From Rebecca billardiae RCC1528 (taxonomy: Eukaryota > Protista > Haptophyta), in NCBI GenBank assembly GCA_965240325.2, contig OZ251232.1:2232001-2296000 (forward strand): a stretch of 64,000 nt of DNA, given 5' to 3'. Made by a program: the position numbers and the translations under genes. Positions 23,053 to 35,591 of the stretch are shown here, piece after piece. How positions within the stretch are numbered: the stretch's first letter is position 1; each line of letters opens with the position of its first letter. Below the pieces are notes generated by a model that saw only the letters and a list, made by a program, of their open reading frames with translations, was not told the DNA's origin and made no database searches.

Positions 23053-23316
23053 CCGATGGAGCGCTGCGCGCCGCAAGTAGCGCCGCTCGTGACGCGAGCC
23101 ATTGCCGCCTGCGTAGACAGGCGTGCCATTGAAGCCTTGTGAACCGCGAACGATGACGACAGCCATCGCTCGCCCGGTCGAGGGACGCGACGTCGCGGCT
23201 CGTGCTGTTGACCGTTGGTGTCGTTTATTTGGCGCCGCCCGTCGATCGATGACAATGCCGACCGGTTTGACCTGATCTTTCGTTCGCAGCAGCCGGCGGC
23301 GGAGCTCCCACGCGCG

Positions 23317-25532
23317 ATGCAGCAGGCGCGCATCAACGCCTTCTTCAAGCCCAAGCCGCTGGGCTCGGACGCGGCCGATGCGGACGCGGGGTCGCCGGTC
23401 AGCCCGGCCGGCCGGCCGCAGCGCCGCTCCTCGCAGCAGCAGCAGCAGCGCCACGTGATCAAGACGGGCGTGCCGGTCGGCGCTGTGATGCTTCAGGCGG
23501 AGAAGCAGCACGCGGCGCGCGCCGAGCAGGGCGGGTACCTCGCGGCGGGCTCGAAGCTGTCCAAGGCGTACGCGGCGCTGCCCGCCACGCGCAAGGAGGA
23601 GCTCTGCTCCGCCGCCCTCGACGCGCCGTCCATCGCGAGCGCGCTCGAGTCGGTAGCCGCCGAGCGTGCGGCCGCTGACGACTCCAAGCTCAGCTCCCCC
23701 GAGCCGGACGTGCGCGACGAGTCGACGCCGTCCTCGTCGGGGGAGGAGGACGACGTGGACTACTCGTCCCCATCCGCGCCGAACGAGCCGGCCGCCGACG
23801 CCGAGAAGCCCGCCTCGCCCGTGCCCGCGCCGCGCGCCAGTGGCGGCGGCGGCGCTCGCAGCAGCGGCGGCGCTCGCAGCGGCGGCGGCGGCGGCGGCGC
23901 TGGCCTGAGTGAGTACGAGAAGCAGCGGCTTGCGAACATCGCGAGCAACCAGGCGATGCTCGCGCGGCTCGGTCTGCTCGGCGACTCGAAGCCCAAGCTC
24001 TCGGCGGCTGCCAGCGCGCCGCCCAAGCCGCCGCGGCTGCCCAAGGTGCCGCGCAAACGCGAACGGCCAGCCGAGCCATCCAAGCGATCGTCGAGGCTGC
24101 GGGGCGCGGAGGTCGAGCTGATTAGCCTGGACACGGTGTGCAGCAGCGCGGGCGCCGCCGCCGCCCCCAACACCCACCCCCCGGGCTGGGTAGGTGCGTG
24201 TCCGGAGGGGCGGCGGGGCGCGCGCGAGGACAGGAGCGCTCTGACCTCGCGCCGCGCCGCGCCGGTCCGCGACTCCGCGCGCGCGCACGCCGCCCACGCC
24301 GCGCGCGCAGGTGAAGCTGGTCCGGCCGGAGCGGCCGTCGGTGCCGCGCGCGCCGCGTGCCACCGACCTGAGCCCGGAGCAGATCGCCGAGATCGCCGCG
24401 CAGGCGGGCAACGAGTGGTTCGACGGATTCCAGGAGTGGATGTTTGAGCTGCACTCGGCTGCGAATGCGCGCAACGTGATTGGCCAGATCTCGCGGCTGG
24501 TCTCGGGGCTGGGCGTGGAGCACAAGACGGCGGACGCCGTGTTCATGGCGGGCGAGTGCCTGGGGCTGGGCGCGGACGTGCTGGCGCTCAAGCAGCGCGC
24601 GAAGGAGTGGCTCGCGGAGGTTGGGCCGGTGAGCGAGCTGCGGGGCCCGCCGCGCGCCGTGCGCTGCGCCGCGCAGCGCCTGTGCCCCGCCCTGCCCCGC
24701 GGCCCAAGCCCACGCCGTCCGCCCGTGGCCCTCCCACGCGAGCACACGCGAGCACACGCGCACACACGCACACACGCACACACGCACTCACGCGTGCACG
24801 AGCGCACGCGCGCACGCCCCGCGCGCACGCGCGCGCGCGCCGCGCGCGCAGGACACGTCCGGCGGCTGGCTGATCTCGCACCCGCTCTCAAAGCTGTACG
24901 GTTACCAGCAGCACCTGGCGGAGGAGCGGCTGCTGCGCGAGGAGGAGGCGGCGGAGGCGGAGGGTGGCGGCGCGGCGGCGCACGCGCACGTGGCGGCCGG
25001 CGCGGCCTCGGGCTCGGCCCCTGGCGGGGCGGCGGCGGAGGTTGACGGCGCGGCGGCACACGCGCACGCGCACGCGGAGCTCGGCGCGGCCGAGGCGGCC
25101 GAGGCGGCGCCGGCTGACGCCGCAGCGCAGCGGCCGGACGAGCGGCTGGCGCCGGCACCGGCCTCGGCTGAGCCGCCGGCGGTGGCGGCGGAGATGGACG
25201 GCGCTCCGCCCACGACGGGCGGCGCCACGCCGGCGGCTGACCACCCTGTGGCAGCGGAGCAACCGGCGGCGCTGCTGCCGCGCGCTGCGGGCACCGCCTC
25301 CGCTCCCCTGGCACCAGCGGCAGAGGCGGGCAGCGCGAGCCCGTCAGCGCCTGCTGCAGCGGAGGAGGGCAGTGCGCGCGCCGCAGCGCGCGAGGCGGAT
25401 TCGCCCTTGCAGCACGCCGCGGCATCCGCGCACCCACCGGGCGCCGGTGCCGCCGCGCCGTCGGCTGGAACGGAGGGTGACGCCGCAACGACTGAGCCCG
25501 CCCCGGCGACCACTGGGGATGGCGGCTGCTGA
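23317..25532 (+). CDS. Putative nuclear protein with N-terminal PIP-box, an SEYExxRxxNIxxN helix and a conserved-looking C-terminal domain
   Basis: Exons 23317-24135, 24311-24628 and 24852-25532 (GT-AG, in frame). Motifs QARINAFF, LSEYEKQRLANIASNQAMLARLGL and DTSGGWLISHPLSKLYGYQ. Confidence 0.7.
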
Positions 25533-26085
25533 GCCCGAGCACTTTCGCCGTGACCAGCCAACGCAGTCGCAGTCGTATCCCCAGCAATGCCCAACGCAGT
25601 TCCGAGCGCTCTCCGGCGGCTCGTGCTACCGGCCTACAGTGGCTAACTACTCGCGCGCGTATGACGGCACTTTCAACTTGCCACTTGGCCCCGGGCCCGG
25701 CCCGGGCCGAGGCTACGCGGAGGCGGAGTATGGGGCGGAGCCCCGCTGGCCGCTCGCCGCTGTCGGTCACTCTGGCAGCAGGCTCCGCAGCCGAGCAGCA
25801 GGGCGATCAAGCAGGCTGCTGCATTCATCACACTGTCATGCATGTAATACGTATATGTACATGGTAACAGTGGACTACTGCTGTACGGTCTAATTTATTA
25901 ATTAGACACTCGAACTCAGACTCAGTAGTTTCCGCTGACCGGAGTCCGGACGCTGTCCGTCTCAGGAGCCTCGCATCCGACGGGGCTCCTCACTGGCGCT
26001 TTCGCCCCCAGTGGTATTTTGTAATAAGCCCACCGCCTTCTAATGGCCCTGTAACGGCCGGCGGGTCGCTCTGCGACACCGCCAA

Positions 26086-26843
26086 CAGAAAGGACAGTGG
26101 GACACAGGGGACTTTGGTCCCGCGCCCCTCTCGCGGGCTCTGGCGCGCGAACGCTTTGTCACTACTGGCCCCCCGAGCCGGAGAGCGGCGCTCCGTGCAC
26201 CAACAAAGACATCCCCAGCCGCATGTTGCCACTCGACACCTCGTCTCGCCTCGCGCGGAGCCAACTTGTGGTGTGCGGGAGCCACCCGTAGCACACTGGG
26301 CCGTGTAGCGACGCGCGTGGCGGGTCAACAGTGCATCGCGAGGGTGTCGCACGCGCAATCCGTTGAGTGCATACTCATGTCTGTCCCATGGCACGTCATG
26401 CACCGCCTGTCGACACCTCGTCTCGCTTCGCGCGGAGCCAACTTGTGGTGTGCGGGAGCTACCCGAAGCACAGGCTGTGCTGCACGCGGCGCGTCGCGAG
26501 TCGGGAGTGCATCGGCGCACACGGCGGCGCACGACGTGCCATGGGACAGACATGAGTATGTACTCAACGGATTGCGCGTGCGACACCCTCGCGATGCACT
26601 GTTGACCCGCCACGCGCGTCGCTACACGGCCCAGTGTGCTACGGGTGGCTCCCGCACACCACAAGTTGGCTCCGCGCGAGGCGAGACGAGGTGTCGAGTG
26701 GCAACATGCGGCTGGGGATGTCTTTGTTGGTGCACGGAGCGCCGCTCTCCGGCTCGGGGGGGCAGTAGTGACAAAGCGTTCGCGCGCCAGAGCCCGCGAG
26801 AGGGACGCGGACCAAAGTCCCCTGTGTCCCACTGTCCTTTCCG
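26086..26843. mobile_element. Foldback/MITE-like element with about 320-bp TIRs
   Basis: 26088-26407 is a near-perfect inverted repeat of 26523-26841. The spacer repeats an internal arm segment (26411-26470 resembles 26234-26293). No convincing TSD. Confidence 0.85.
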
Positions 26844-27138
26844 CCGCACCCCTCGCCTAGCGAGGGGTGCTCGACCGTTACGGGAGATTAGATGCACCTG
26901 TAATAAGCCCCTTGGATGATCATCGGATGATGATATATGGAATAGGGTTAAGCGACCAACTTTTGCCCTTCATAGGAGACCTGCGTCGTACTTCCACTGC
27001 CTCATGAGCTGTGTGCGTCTCTTATAATTCTTAGTCAACTGTAGGGTACCTGTGTCGTTGAATCATAGAATAATGAGAGTACGGTTACCGGCCCAAAACT
27101 GCACGGGCGCACGGCGCGCCGGTTCGCTGCAAGGCATC

Positions 27139-28917
27139 ATGGGGTTCCACCGAGCGGTGCTAGTCGTGGTGGGCGCGTGGCTCATGTCGACGGTGAGCGT
27201 CGCGCTCGGCGCCTGCGCGAACGTGCCTGCGTCGGGCGTCGTCGACATCAGCTGCGCGACGCAGTCGATCACCGTCGCTGAGCTCGCTGGGTCCGATGCA
27301 GTCGGCAATGATGCGCAGTCGAACGGCGTGCTCCGGTTTGTGAACGACCGCGAAATCACGGTCCACCTCACGGTGAACTCGCGTGACCAGAATGATGGAG
27401 CAATCAGCTGCGAGTCCGAGACAATCTTGCTGTTCCGGGACACGTCTGCTGGCTGCGACCTCTTTGACGAGACCACCGCCGAGACGGACGACACCCCGGG
27501 AGAGTGCCAGGACGAAGTTTTAATCAGACGCAGGCGCCGCCTCGGGAGTACCCACGCCGTGTGGTCGGACGGGGAGGAGCTGGCGGCAGTCGCCCCAGGC
27601 GAGACGATCTACGTCGTCATCGACATGGAGCGGCCAATCTCGAACTACAAAAAGTCTGATACCGGTGGTTTCTTTAAATGCGATGGCATCGACGATGGCG
27701 ACAACACTGGCTACGACGACAAGGTGCGCACGCTCAGCGTGTGCTGCTCGGCGGACGCGTTGGCTGATGCCCCGTCCAAGTGTGAGTTCGACTTTGCGAC
27801 CTCGAGATCGGGCGGCTCTTGCCTGGTGCCGTCCCCTTCGCCGCCGCCGTCGCCACCACCACCGTCGTTCCTTGAGCCGCCATCGCCGCCGCCATCGCCG
27901 CCGCCCCCACCTTTGCCATCGCCGCCGCCGTCACCGCAGCCACCACCTCCCCCGTCGCCCCCACCTCCTCCCCCGTCGCCCCCACCGTCACCGCCGCCGC
28001 CAAGCCCGCCGCCGTCGCCGCGTCCGCCGCCACCGCCGTCGCCGCCACCCAAGGCCATCTGCGGACCCCTGTGCTTCTTCACGGTGCGCGCAGCAGCGCG
28101 CGCTAGCTAGTGCGCTTGACGCGCGCTGGCTGGCTGGCTGGCTGGCTGGAGGAGTCCGGCTGTGCACGGCCCGCCTCGAGCCGTGCCTCACGCTGCCCTC
28201 ACTGCCGACTGTGCGGGCGGGCGTGCCTGCATGTAACCATCGCCGCTCCGCTGCGAGCGGCGCCCCGTGGTCACGCGGCCAGCCGCGCGCGCCTCTGAAC
28301 ACGTCTGTTCTCCTGCTGCTGCCTGCGTGCGCGGCTCCGCGCCGGCTGCGCTGCTGGCGATGGCGCCCAACTGCCCCCTCCGTGTGCGCTCGCCACCACG
28401 CATCTTCTCAACCTCACCTGCCCGGCTGCCCCCTGCCGGCCACGCGCGCGACCCACACATGTGCGCGCAGGCGGTGCGTACGGTGCACAGGCTAGCCACG
28501 CGGCCGGCGCGCAGCGGCTTGCGCGGCGCTAGGGGCGGTGCTGGCCGGCAGCTGGCTGCGCAGCTGGCGGCTGAGGGTGAGGTGCAGGCATCGCTGCTCG
28601 ACTCAGGAGCTGCGGGTGAGCGTCGTGCGACGATGTTTGAAGGGCAGCGGCCCGGCAGCGCCGGCGCCACTCAGCGTGCTGTAGGTGCAGCCCGCAGCAT
28701 CGCCGGTGGGTCGTCGCCGACCAGCTCAGACATCAAGCCAGTGGAGATGGACCCATCGATGGCCGGCGCAGGGGCGGCCGGCGCCGTCCTGCTTCTATCC
28801 ATGGCCGCACTTGTGGCTGTGGCCGTCGCCGCTGCTCTTGTCCGTGGCCGTGCCAGCCGACCTTGCACGCCAGCGCGGGGCACCCGAGCAGCAGTAGCCG
28901 CTAGGCCCTACTCCTAG
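27139..28917 (+). CDS. Secreted or surface protein: signal peptide, Cys-rich domain, extensin-like (SP2-5)n stalk and C-terminal TM helix
   Basis: Starts MGFHRAVLVVVGAWLMSTVSVALG. SPPP repeats at about 27830-28050. In-frame intron 28084-28470. TM segment AVLLLSMAALVAVAVAAALV. Confidence 0.75.
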
Positions 28918-29331
28918 CCTCGCAGCCAGCCTGAGTGGCAGCCAGGCCAGCGCCAGCTGGTTCGCGCGCTGTGGCGGCTAACTAACTGAACTGCCGATGA
29001 TCGCGACGATATATGACGCGCGCATGCATCCTCAACCTAATAGTAATAATAATAAAGTAGCAGCAGGTTATTATCGCGAGCCCCGCTCGCATTGGTGTTC
29101 GGTAAGAACAACCAATGCGAGCGGAGCGAGTTTTCCGGTAGGACACGCGTAGTCCGGTGATTCCTACAAGATTGATGGCCTTCCAGTAAGTATCCCACGG
29201 AATACAGTTTAGTCAGATCCCAATTGGTGCCAACGGTTTTCCGTGCAAAGTGAGGGTACCGACCGGGTGGTACCGCATCGCAAGTTTTGTTGTAAGTAAT
29301 GAACACGGACCGGTACATCAGTAAGTAAGTC

Positions 29332-29790
29332 GTGCACCCCTCCTTTCATCTGTATTCGGAGTGGTGCAGCAGACGCAGTGGTGGTGCATCAACCCTCCTT
29401 TCATCATCTGTATTATTTGGAGTGGTGCACGGAGTGTGGTGCATGCACCCCTCCTTTCATCTGTATGGTATCATCCGGAGTGGTGCAGCAGTGGTGGTGC
29501 ACCCAACAAGTGCACCCCTCCTTCATCGTCTGGAGTGGTGCAGCAGTGGTGGTGCATCAACCCTCCTTTCATCTGTATTATTTGGAGTGGTGCACGGAGT
29601 GCGGTGCTGGTGCACCCCTCCTTTCATCTGTATCATCCGTTCATCCGGAGTGGTGCAGCAGTCGTGGTGCACCCGACAAGTGCACCCCTCCTTTCATCGT
29701 CTGATGTATTCGGTTCGGAGTGGTGCAGCAGTGGTGGTGCAACTTTGGTGCAACCCTCCAGTTCACCTGTATTATTTGCCGAGTGGTGCA
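29332..29790. repeat. Minisatellite built from TGCACCCCTCCTTTCATCTGTA...GGAGTGGTGCA units, higher-order period about 170 bp
   Basis: Directly visible; for example GTGGTGGTGCATCAACCCTCCTTTCATC occurs at about 29378 and 29547. Confidence 0.9.
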
Positions 29791-30529
29791 CGGATGAGCA
29801 ACTCATTACTCGCATAGCGTGCACTGCTCTCTATCATACCTGCTCAACGGACCGGAACCGGCACGTTCCGGACCTGTGCCGCCGCGTTGACGCGGCGCCT
29901 GCTCGCGAGGCGCACGCTCCTGCGACCGCGGACACCCCAGTGGAGGCGGCGCGTGGTTAGTGCCGATGCGCATGCGGCATAGTGACGAGTGCCCCTCATA
30001 CGTGAATTCCGCCCCGGCTGTCCTTCCGACCCCCGCGCCGCGACCGCCGCTCCTCGCCCCGCGCGCGCGTTTCTGTGAAACGCTTATTAGTGTTTGCTGC
30101 CTGAGGCTGCTTCGCGCAGTGCTGCTTCCTCCTTCAGACAGCAGCTCGACGGAAGGAGGAAGCAGCAGCTTCAGAAGCTGCTGCATCGTACGTCAATCTC
30201 GCCCCTGCCGCCCGACTGATCCAAGCGCCAACCGCAGCCGCGCGCACCGCACGCGTGCGGGCGGGCCTTCAAGCCTAGTGTCGGTCTGCTTCCTCCTTCA
30301 GGCGTTGTGGTGGTGATGGTGGTGGCGGTGGTGGCGGCGGTGGAAGTAGTAGGTGGTGGTGGTCGGAACAGCTTGATGGCGGTAGACTGGCGTTGTAGTG
30401 GTAGGACAGTAGTAGCAGATGGTGGTGGTGCTGACTGCCATGAGCTCACATCATGCTCGGTCAGCTCGGTACACGACAATCGTCGCATGATGCGCATCAT
30501 GCTGTCAGCTCGGTACATCGCATGATCGA

Positions 30530-31295
30530 TGTGCATGCGCGCAGTACCATGCGATGCAGTACCATACCATACCATGCAGCACCATACCATGCGCACAGCA
30601 GTACCATACCATGCGCGCAGCAGACGCAGCACCTGCATACCATGATACAGTTTACTATGATTTAACGTGCACACTTGGTTAAGGTGTGATTAACGCCATC
30701 CAACATAGTACCATCATGCAGTACCATACCATGCAGTACCAAGTACCATGCGCACAGCAGTACCATACCATGATGCCACGGTACCATACCATGCGCACAG
30801 CAGTACCATGCCATGATGCAGTACCATACTACTGCCATGCGCACAGCAGTACCATACCATACAGTACCATGCAGTACCATACCATGCGCGCAGCAGCACC
30901 ATACCGGTACCATGCGCACAGCATCACCATGTACATACCATACAGTACCGTGCAGAACCTACCATACTACATTACCATGCAGTACCATATACCATGCTGA
31001 TGCGCGCAGCAGTAGCATATATGTACCATGCGCGCAGCAGTACCGCATACCATAGCTACAGTACGTACGCCATCATGCAGTACCATACCATGTCAGTACC
31101 AATACTACCATACCATGCGCACAGCAGCAGTACCATACCATATGTATACAGTACCATGCAGTACCATACCATGCGCGCAGCAGTACTCATACCATACACG
31201 GCCATGCTGCATTACCATACCATGCGCGCAGCAGTACCGCCATAACCATACCATGATATTAAGTTATTAACCATGCGTGCAGCAGTACCATACCA
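30530..31295. repeat. Degenerate satellite of CAGTACCATACCATGCGCACAG-type units
   Basis: Directly visible. Confidence 0.92.
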
Positions 31296-31564
31296 TCACT
31301 AGTGCGGGCACCGACCAGTGCTCCTGGGCTGGCGCCCTACTGAGTTTGCTCGCGCCGTATTTGAACTGCCGGACCCTGGCCCGTGAGAGTGACCGACCGC
31401 TGGCGGACCGACGATGTGATGGTGACCGGCACCTGCCACGTAGGCTCCTGCCCGAGCGATATCTGCAGCAGCCTCAGTGGAATTGGGGGCTGGCCAGGGT
31501 AGGGCTCAGGGAGGCTTCGGCCGCCGGCCACTGTCTGATCACCCGGAACCCGTAATAAAGGGGA

Positions 31565-31711
<147 letters not shown>

Positions 31712-33018
31712 TCCTGCATGAATAATATATCATCATTATTGACGATGCTGAATACATGCAATATATTTGATGACGATGAAGTGGCCGCAGTGCGGGCGCG
31801 GCACTACTTGGAGCGGCCAGCGGGGCGAGCCCTGCATTCCGGTAGGACCGGGGTGAATGCAGCATTGCGGGGTGCAACCCGGCAATGCCCGTCTGAATGG
31901 TATATATATATATATTGCATGTATTTACTATATATGTGCGTGGGGTTATTAATTGGCACAATAACTGATATTGTCTAAGAGGACGGTGGGAGCGCAATGC
32001 GCCGTATCAACACCTGCCTGCCATTCGGCCCGAGCCAGGCGGCCGAGCTCAAGTCCGCGGCTGCCATCTTGGCCACCCTCTTCTCGTGCCACGAGGGACT
32101 TTCGAGCCTGCTCTGTGCGCTCGCACGACGACCCCGAACAACCTACTCGCTGTGATGCTCCTGGGCCTTAGTAGGCAAATAGGCAAGGTTGGCGGCGGCT
32201 CAGGACGGCCAATTGGTGAACTGGGTTTTTTTCATCAGGCGCCGAGCGAACCGACGCAGTCCAGTGCCTCTCGCTCACTCGCAGCGAACGCCCTTCGGAA
32301 GTGCCCACTGGCATGATGGCTGCAGCTGTTTCCGGCCCGCATCTTCGCGATGCCCTCTGCACGATGGTGCTTCGTGCCTTGCTCTCGTGCGGCTTGGCGG
32401 CTCTCGAGCTGCGCCTTCCAAAATAATATATATATTATTAATATTGACGATGATGACTGGCTAGCTCTCTCGGCTCAGCTGTCAGTGTCTCACTGTCTCA
32501 CAGCAGCCAGTCTGCAGACGCGGACCGGCTGACGGTCCAAAGCGCACTAGCAGAGGCCCGGCGCCCAATGCGCCACTCAGCGGCCTGCTATCAGAGCGCG
32601 CCGTTACTCCGACTTACGACGGTGCCACTGATGATGCTGCGGCCGCCGTTGGCCGACTACATAGACATAGTACATCCCTCACAGGGCCAGGCAGCAAGCA
32701 CTACGGACTCTAGCTTAGCAGAGGCAGAGGGTGGCAGAGGCCACTACGCGGTGCCCCCCTGCTGGTCCCGCTACTGCTCGGAGACTAAATAGTAATATCA
32801 GTGTCAGTGTCGTCTGCTTTTCGTAGCTAGTCAGGAGCCCTACTTATGATTATTGCTTCACGCCTTCAGTGCGCTGCAGCTCGTCCGGGAAGTGACTGCT
32901 AGAGAGAGAGAGAGAGACGAGACTCAGCGAGGGAGGGAGAGAGAGAGAGTATAGTCGTATAGCAGCAGTATTTATTATTGATGTTAGCTGACGACAATGA
33001 TGCATGATGCGCTCGCGG

Positions 33019-33298
<280 letters not shown>

Positions 33299-33945
33299 TC
33301 AGATCTTGGCACTCAGAATGACTAGGCTGACTACAGGCAATCGCGGGCAATAAGGAGCTGTCACGTTAAGAAACTGGGCGGGCTTGCTATCTGCGGATCT
33401 GGCCTAGAAACTGAGACTCGCGATTGGTTGGTTCGCTATATACGCATAGCCGTCACACTATAAGAAACCGGGACTATGTCGTCGCGGCTGACGAGTGGTC
33501 CGCCGAGGCGCAGTGCCCGTGGGACCCGGACCGGCGGCGCGCGGCCCGACTACGAGTACAGGCCAAGGATTCCCGACTTCTCCTGATGACTGACTCCTGG
33601 CCAGTGCGCACCGCAGCATCCATGCAACATCATGCCAGATTTGCTCCAAAATGGCCCAAACTTTTTCTTCGGCCTCGCCAGCCGGGCCTAAAGACTCACC
33701 GGGGGGCTCAGCCCCCCTGCGCTGTCTCAGTGCGCCCCCCGCGCTGACTGCGCGGCGGGCGGACCTAGCTAAGAAACTGAGACTCCGTAGGCGGTCGTCG
33801 GGCTACTACCGAACGGCTAAGAAATACCCGAGACTAGCAGCCGTGAGATCTCTGACTTCTTATTGCCCGCGATTGCCTGTAGTGACTAGCTACGGCGCGC
33901 TCGGCCCTGACGGAGCGGCTAGAGTCGGGTCATCGATCGTCGAAT

Positions 33946-33979
<34 letters not shown>

Positions 33980-34147
33980 GTACTAAATAAAATGAGGAAC
34001 ACTTCATCGTCATCACGGTCTGCGCCCGTAGTCACTGCTGTTAATTAATAAATTATAATAGCTACGTACTCTCTCTCTCTCTCTATATATAGTAGTGGCT
34101 AGCGTTACCCATATCGATATTATAGAACGTATGCGGCGGCATCGGCA

Positions 34148-35305
34148 TCAGTCGTATCTCACGTGGTCGGGCGTGACGAAGAAGGCACACGCCTGCGACA
34201 TCTCCCGCGAGCCGTTGACGAGCCCATCCAGCATGCCCGCGAGCACGACGAGCCCCGACACGCCGAGCCACAGGATGGAGAGCACGCCCTGCCCGCGGCT
34301 CAGCAGCTGCGCCCCGCGCCCCGCGCCCTTGAGCGAAGTGCTGCCGCCGCGCACTGCCCAGCGCCGCTCGAACTCGTATTTGCTCAGCCGCTCCTTGGTG
34401 GGCGCGGTGAAGTACGCCTGGAACATGAGGTCGTCGACGAGCGCGACGAAGTGCAGCGCCACCGTGTCGGCGATGAGGCTGCGCCGCGCGCGCGCCGGGC
34501 GGGGCACGCGCCGCGGGCGTACGCGTCAGTCCCGGCTGGCGCGCGCGCGCGGCAGCGGGGGCTGTCGCGCGCTCACGCGCGCTCGGCGTTTCGCGCGCGC
34601 GTACTCGACGAGCGTGCGCGCCCACATGAGGTAGATCACGCCGATCACGAGCAGCGTGCCCTCGATCGCCATCTCCGAGAGCGCGACCGCGCACAGCAGC
34701 GCGCGCTGCGCGGCGCTGGTGCGGCGCACGCCCACCACCTTCGCCTCCTCCTGTCTCACGACGCCGTCGCGGCCGACGCCATAGCCGCCGGCGACGCGCA
34801 CGCGCGTGGAGGTCCACGCCATGTCGAGCGCGGCGAGCGCGGAGAACTCGGCGATGCACTGCGTGCCGAACACGTAGATCGCCGCCCACTGCAGCACCGC
34901 GGGCGTGCTGCACTGCCCCAGCTCGTCTTCGCTCAGCTTGGTGCGCGTCGCGACTGCGATGTGTGCGATGAGCACGCCGCGCACGGCGCAGGAGATGAGC
35001 CACGAGCCGAGCCCGCGGAAGCGCTTCGTCACGGTGGGCACGAGCCACGACGAGATGACGAGGAAGGAGAGCGTGGGCATCGGGCGCTCGAACACGACCT
35101 CGCTCGCGCCGCCGGCCGGCGCGCCGTGGAACGAGCCGGCGGCAAGCACCGAGGACGAGCTGCCGCGGCCGCCGCCGAGGCTGACGGGGCGCAGGCTCGT
35201 CGCGCTACCGTAGGAGCGAGCAGCGCCGAGGCGGAGCGACTCCGAACTGGACGAGCGTCGCCCGGAGCGGAGCTCGGCTGTCGGCGTGGGCTCCACGCGC
35301 GGCAT
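34148..35305 (-). CDS. Hypothetical multi-pass membrane protein
   Basis: ATG at 35305. Intron 34604-34479 (GT-AG) joins TLVD to LIADTVALHFVALVDD. Several hydrophobic helices are present. Confidence 0.7.
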
Positions 35306-35591
35306 GCCGCATGGACGCCCGCAAGCAGGATGCTCGACGGTTGAAGCGACTCGGACGGCGAGCATCGAGCGAAAAAGCGACGCACGGCACGATGGCGCCT
35401 GGCGGCGGCACGATGGCGATGGCGTCCCGCAATAGGATACCGTGACGGCCGGCGGCCGCCGTCTCTCATCAGACTATCATCCGCGGAGAGAGTACTCAAG
35501 TTCGACGTCGGCGGCGCGGCCGGCCAGCCCGGGAGGCCCGAGTGCCGCCGCGAGCCGCGCAGTCACGGGTCGGCCGCGCGCGTCGGCGGCC

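Noticed and set aside
22147-25770. 1207-aa minus-strand ORF, and many other long Arg/Ala/Pro-rich overlapping ORFs
   Set aside because: These are shadow frames caused by very high GC. They overlap better-supported genes and carry no motifs.
29037-29318. VFITYN...PHF resembling rolling-circle Rep motifs
   Set aside because: Only a loose few-residue match, with no HUH, YxxK or helicase motifs.
29332-29790. CRISPR-like appearance of regularly spaced repeats
   Set aside because: The intervening sequences are themselves repeated, there are no cas genes, and the context is eukaryotic.
33460-33500. Hammerhead ribozyme core (GAAA...GTC...CTGACGA)
   Set aside because: The required helices do not pair.
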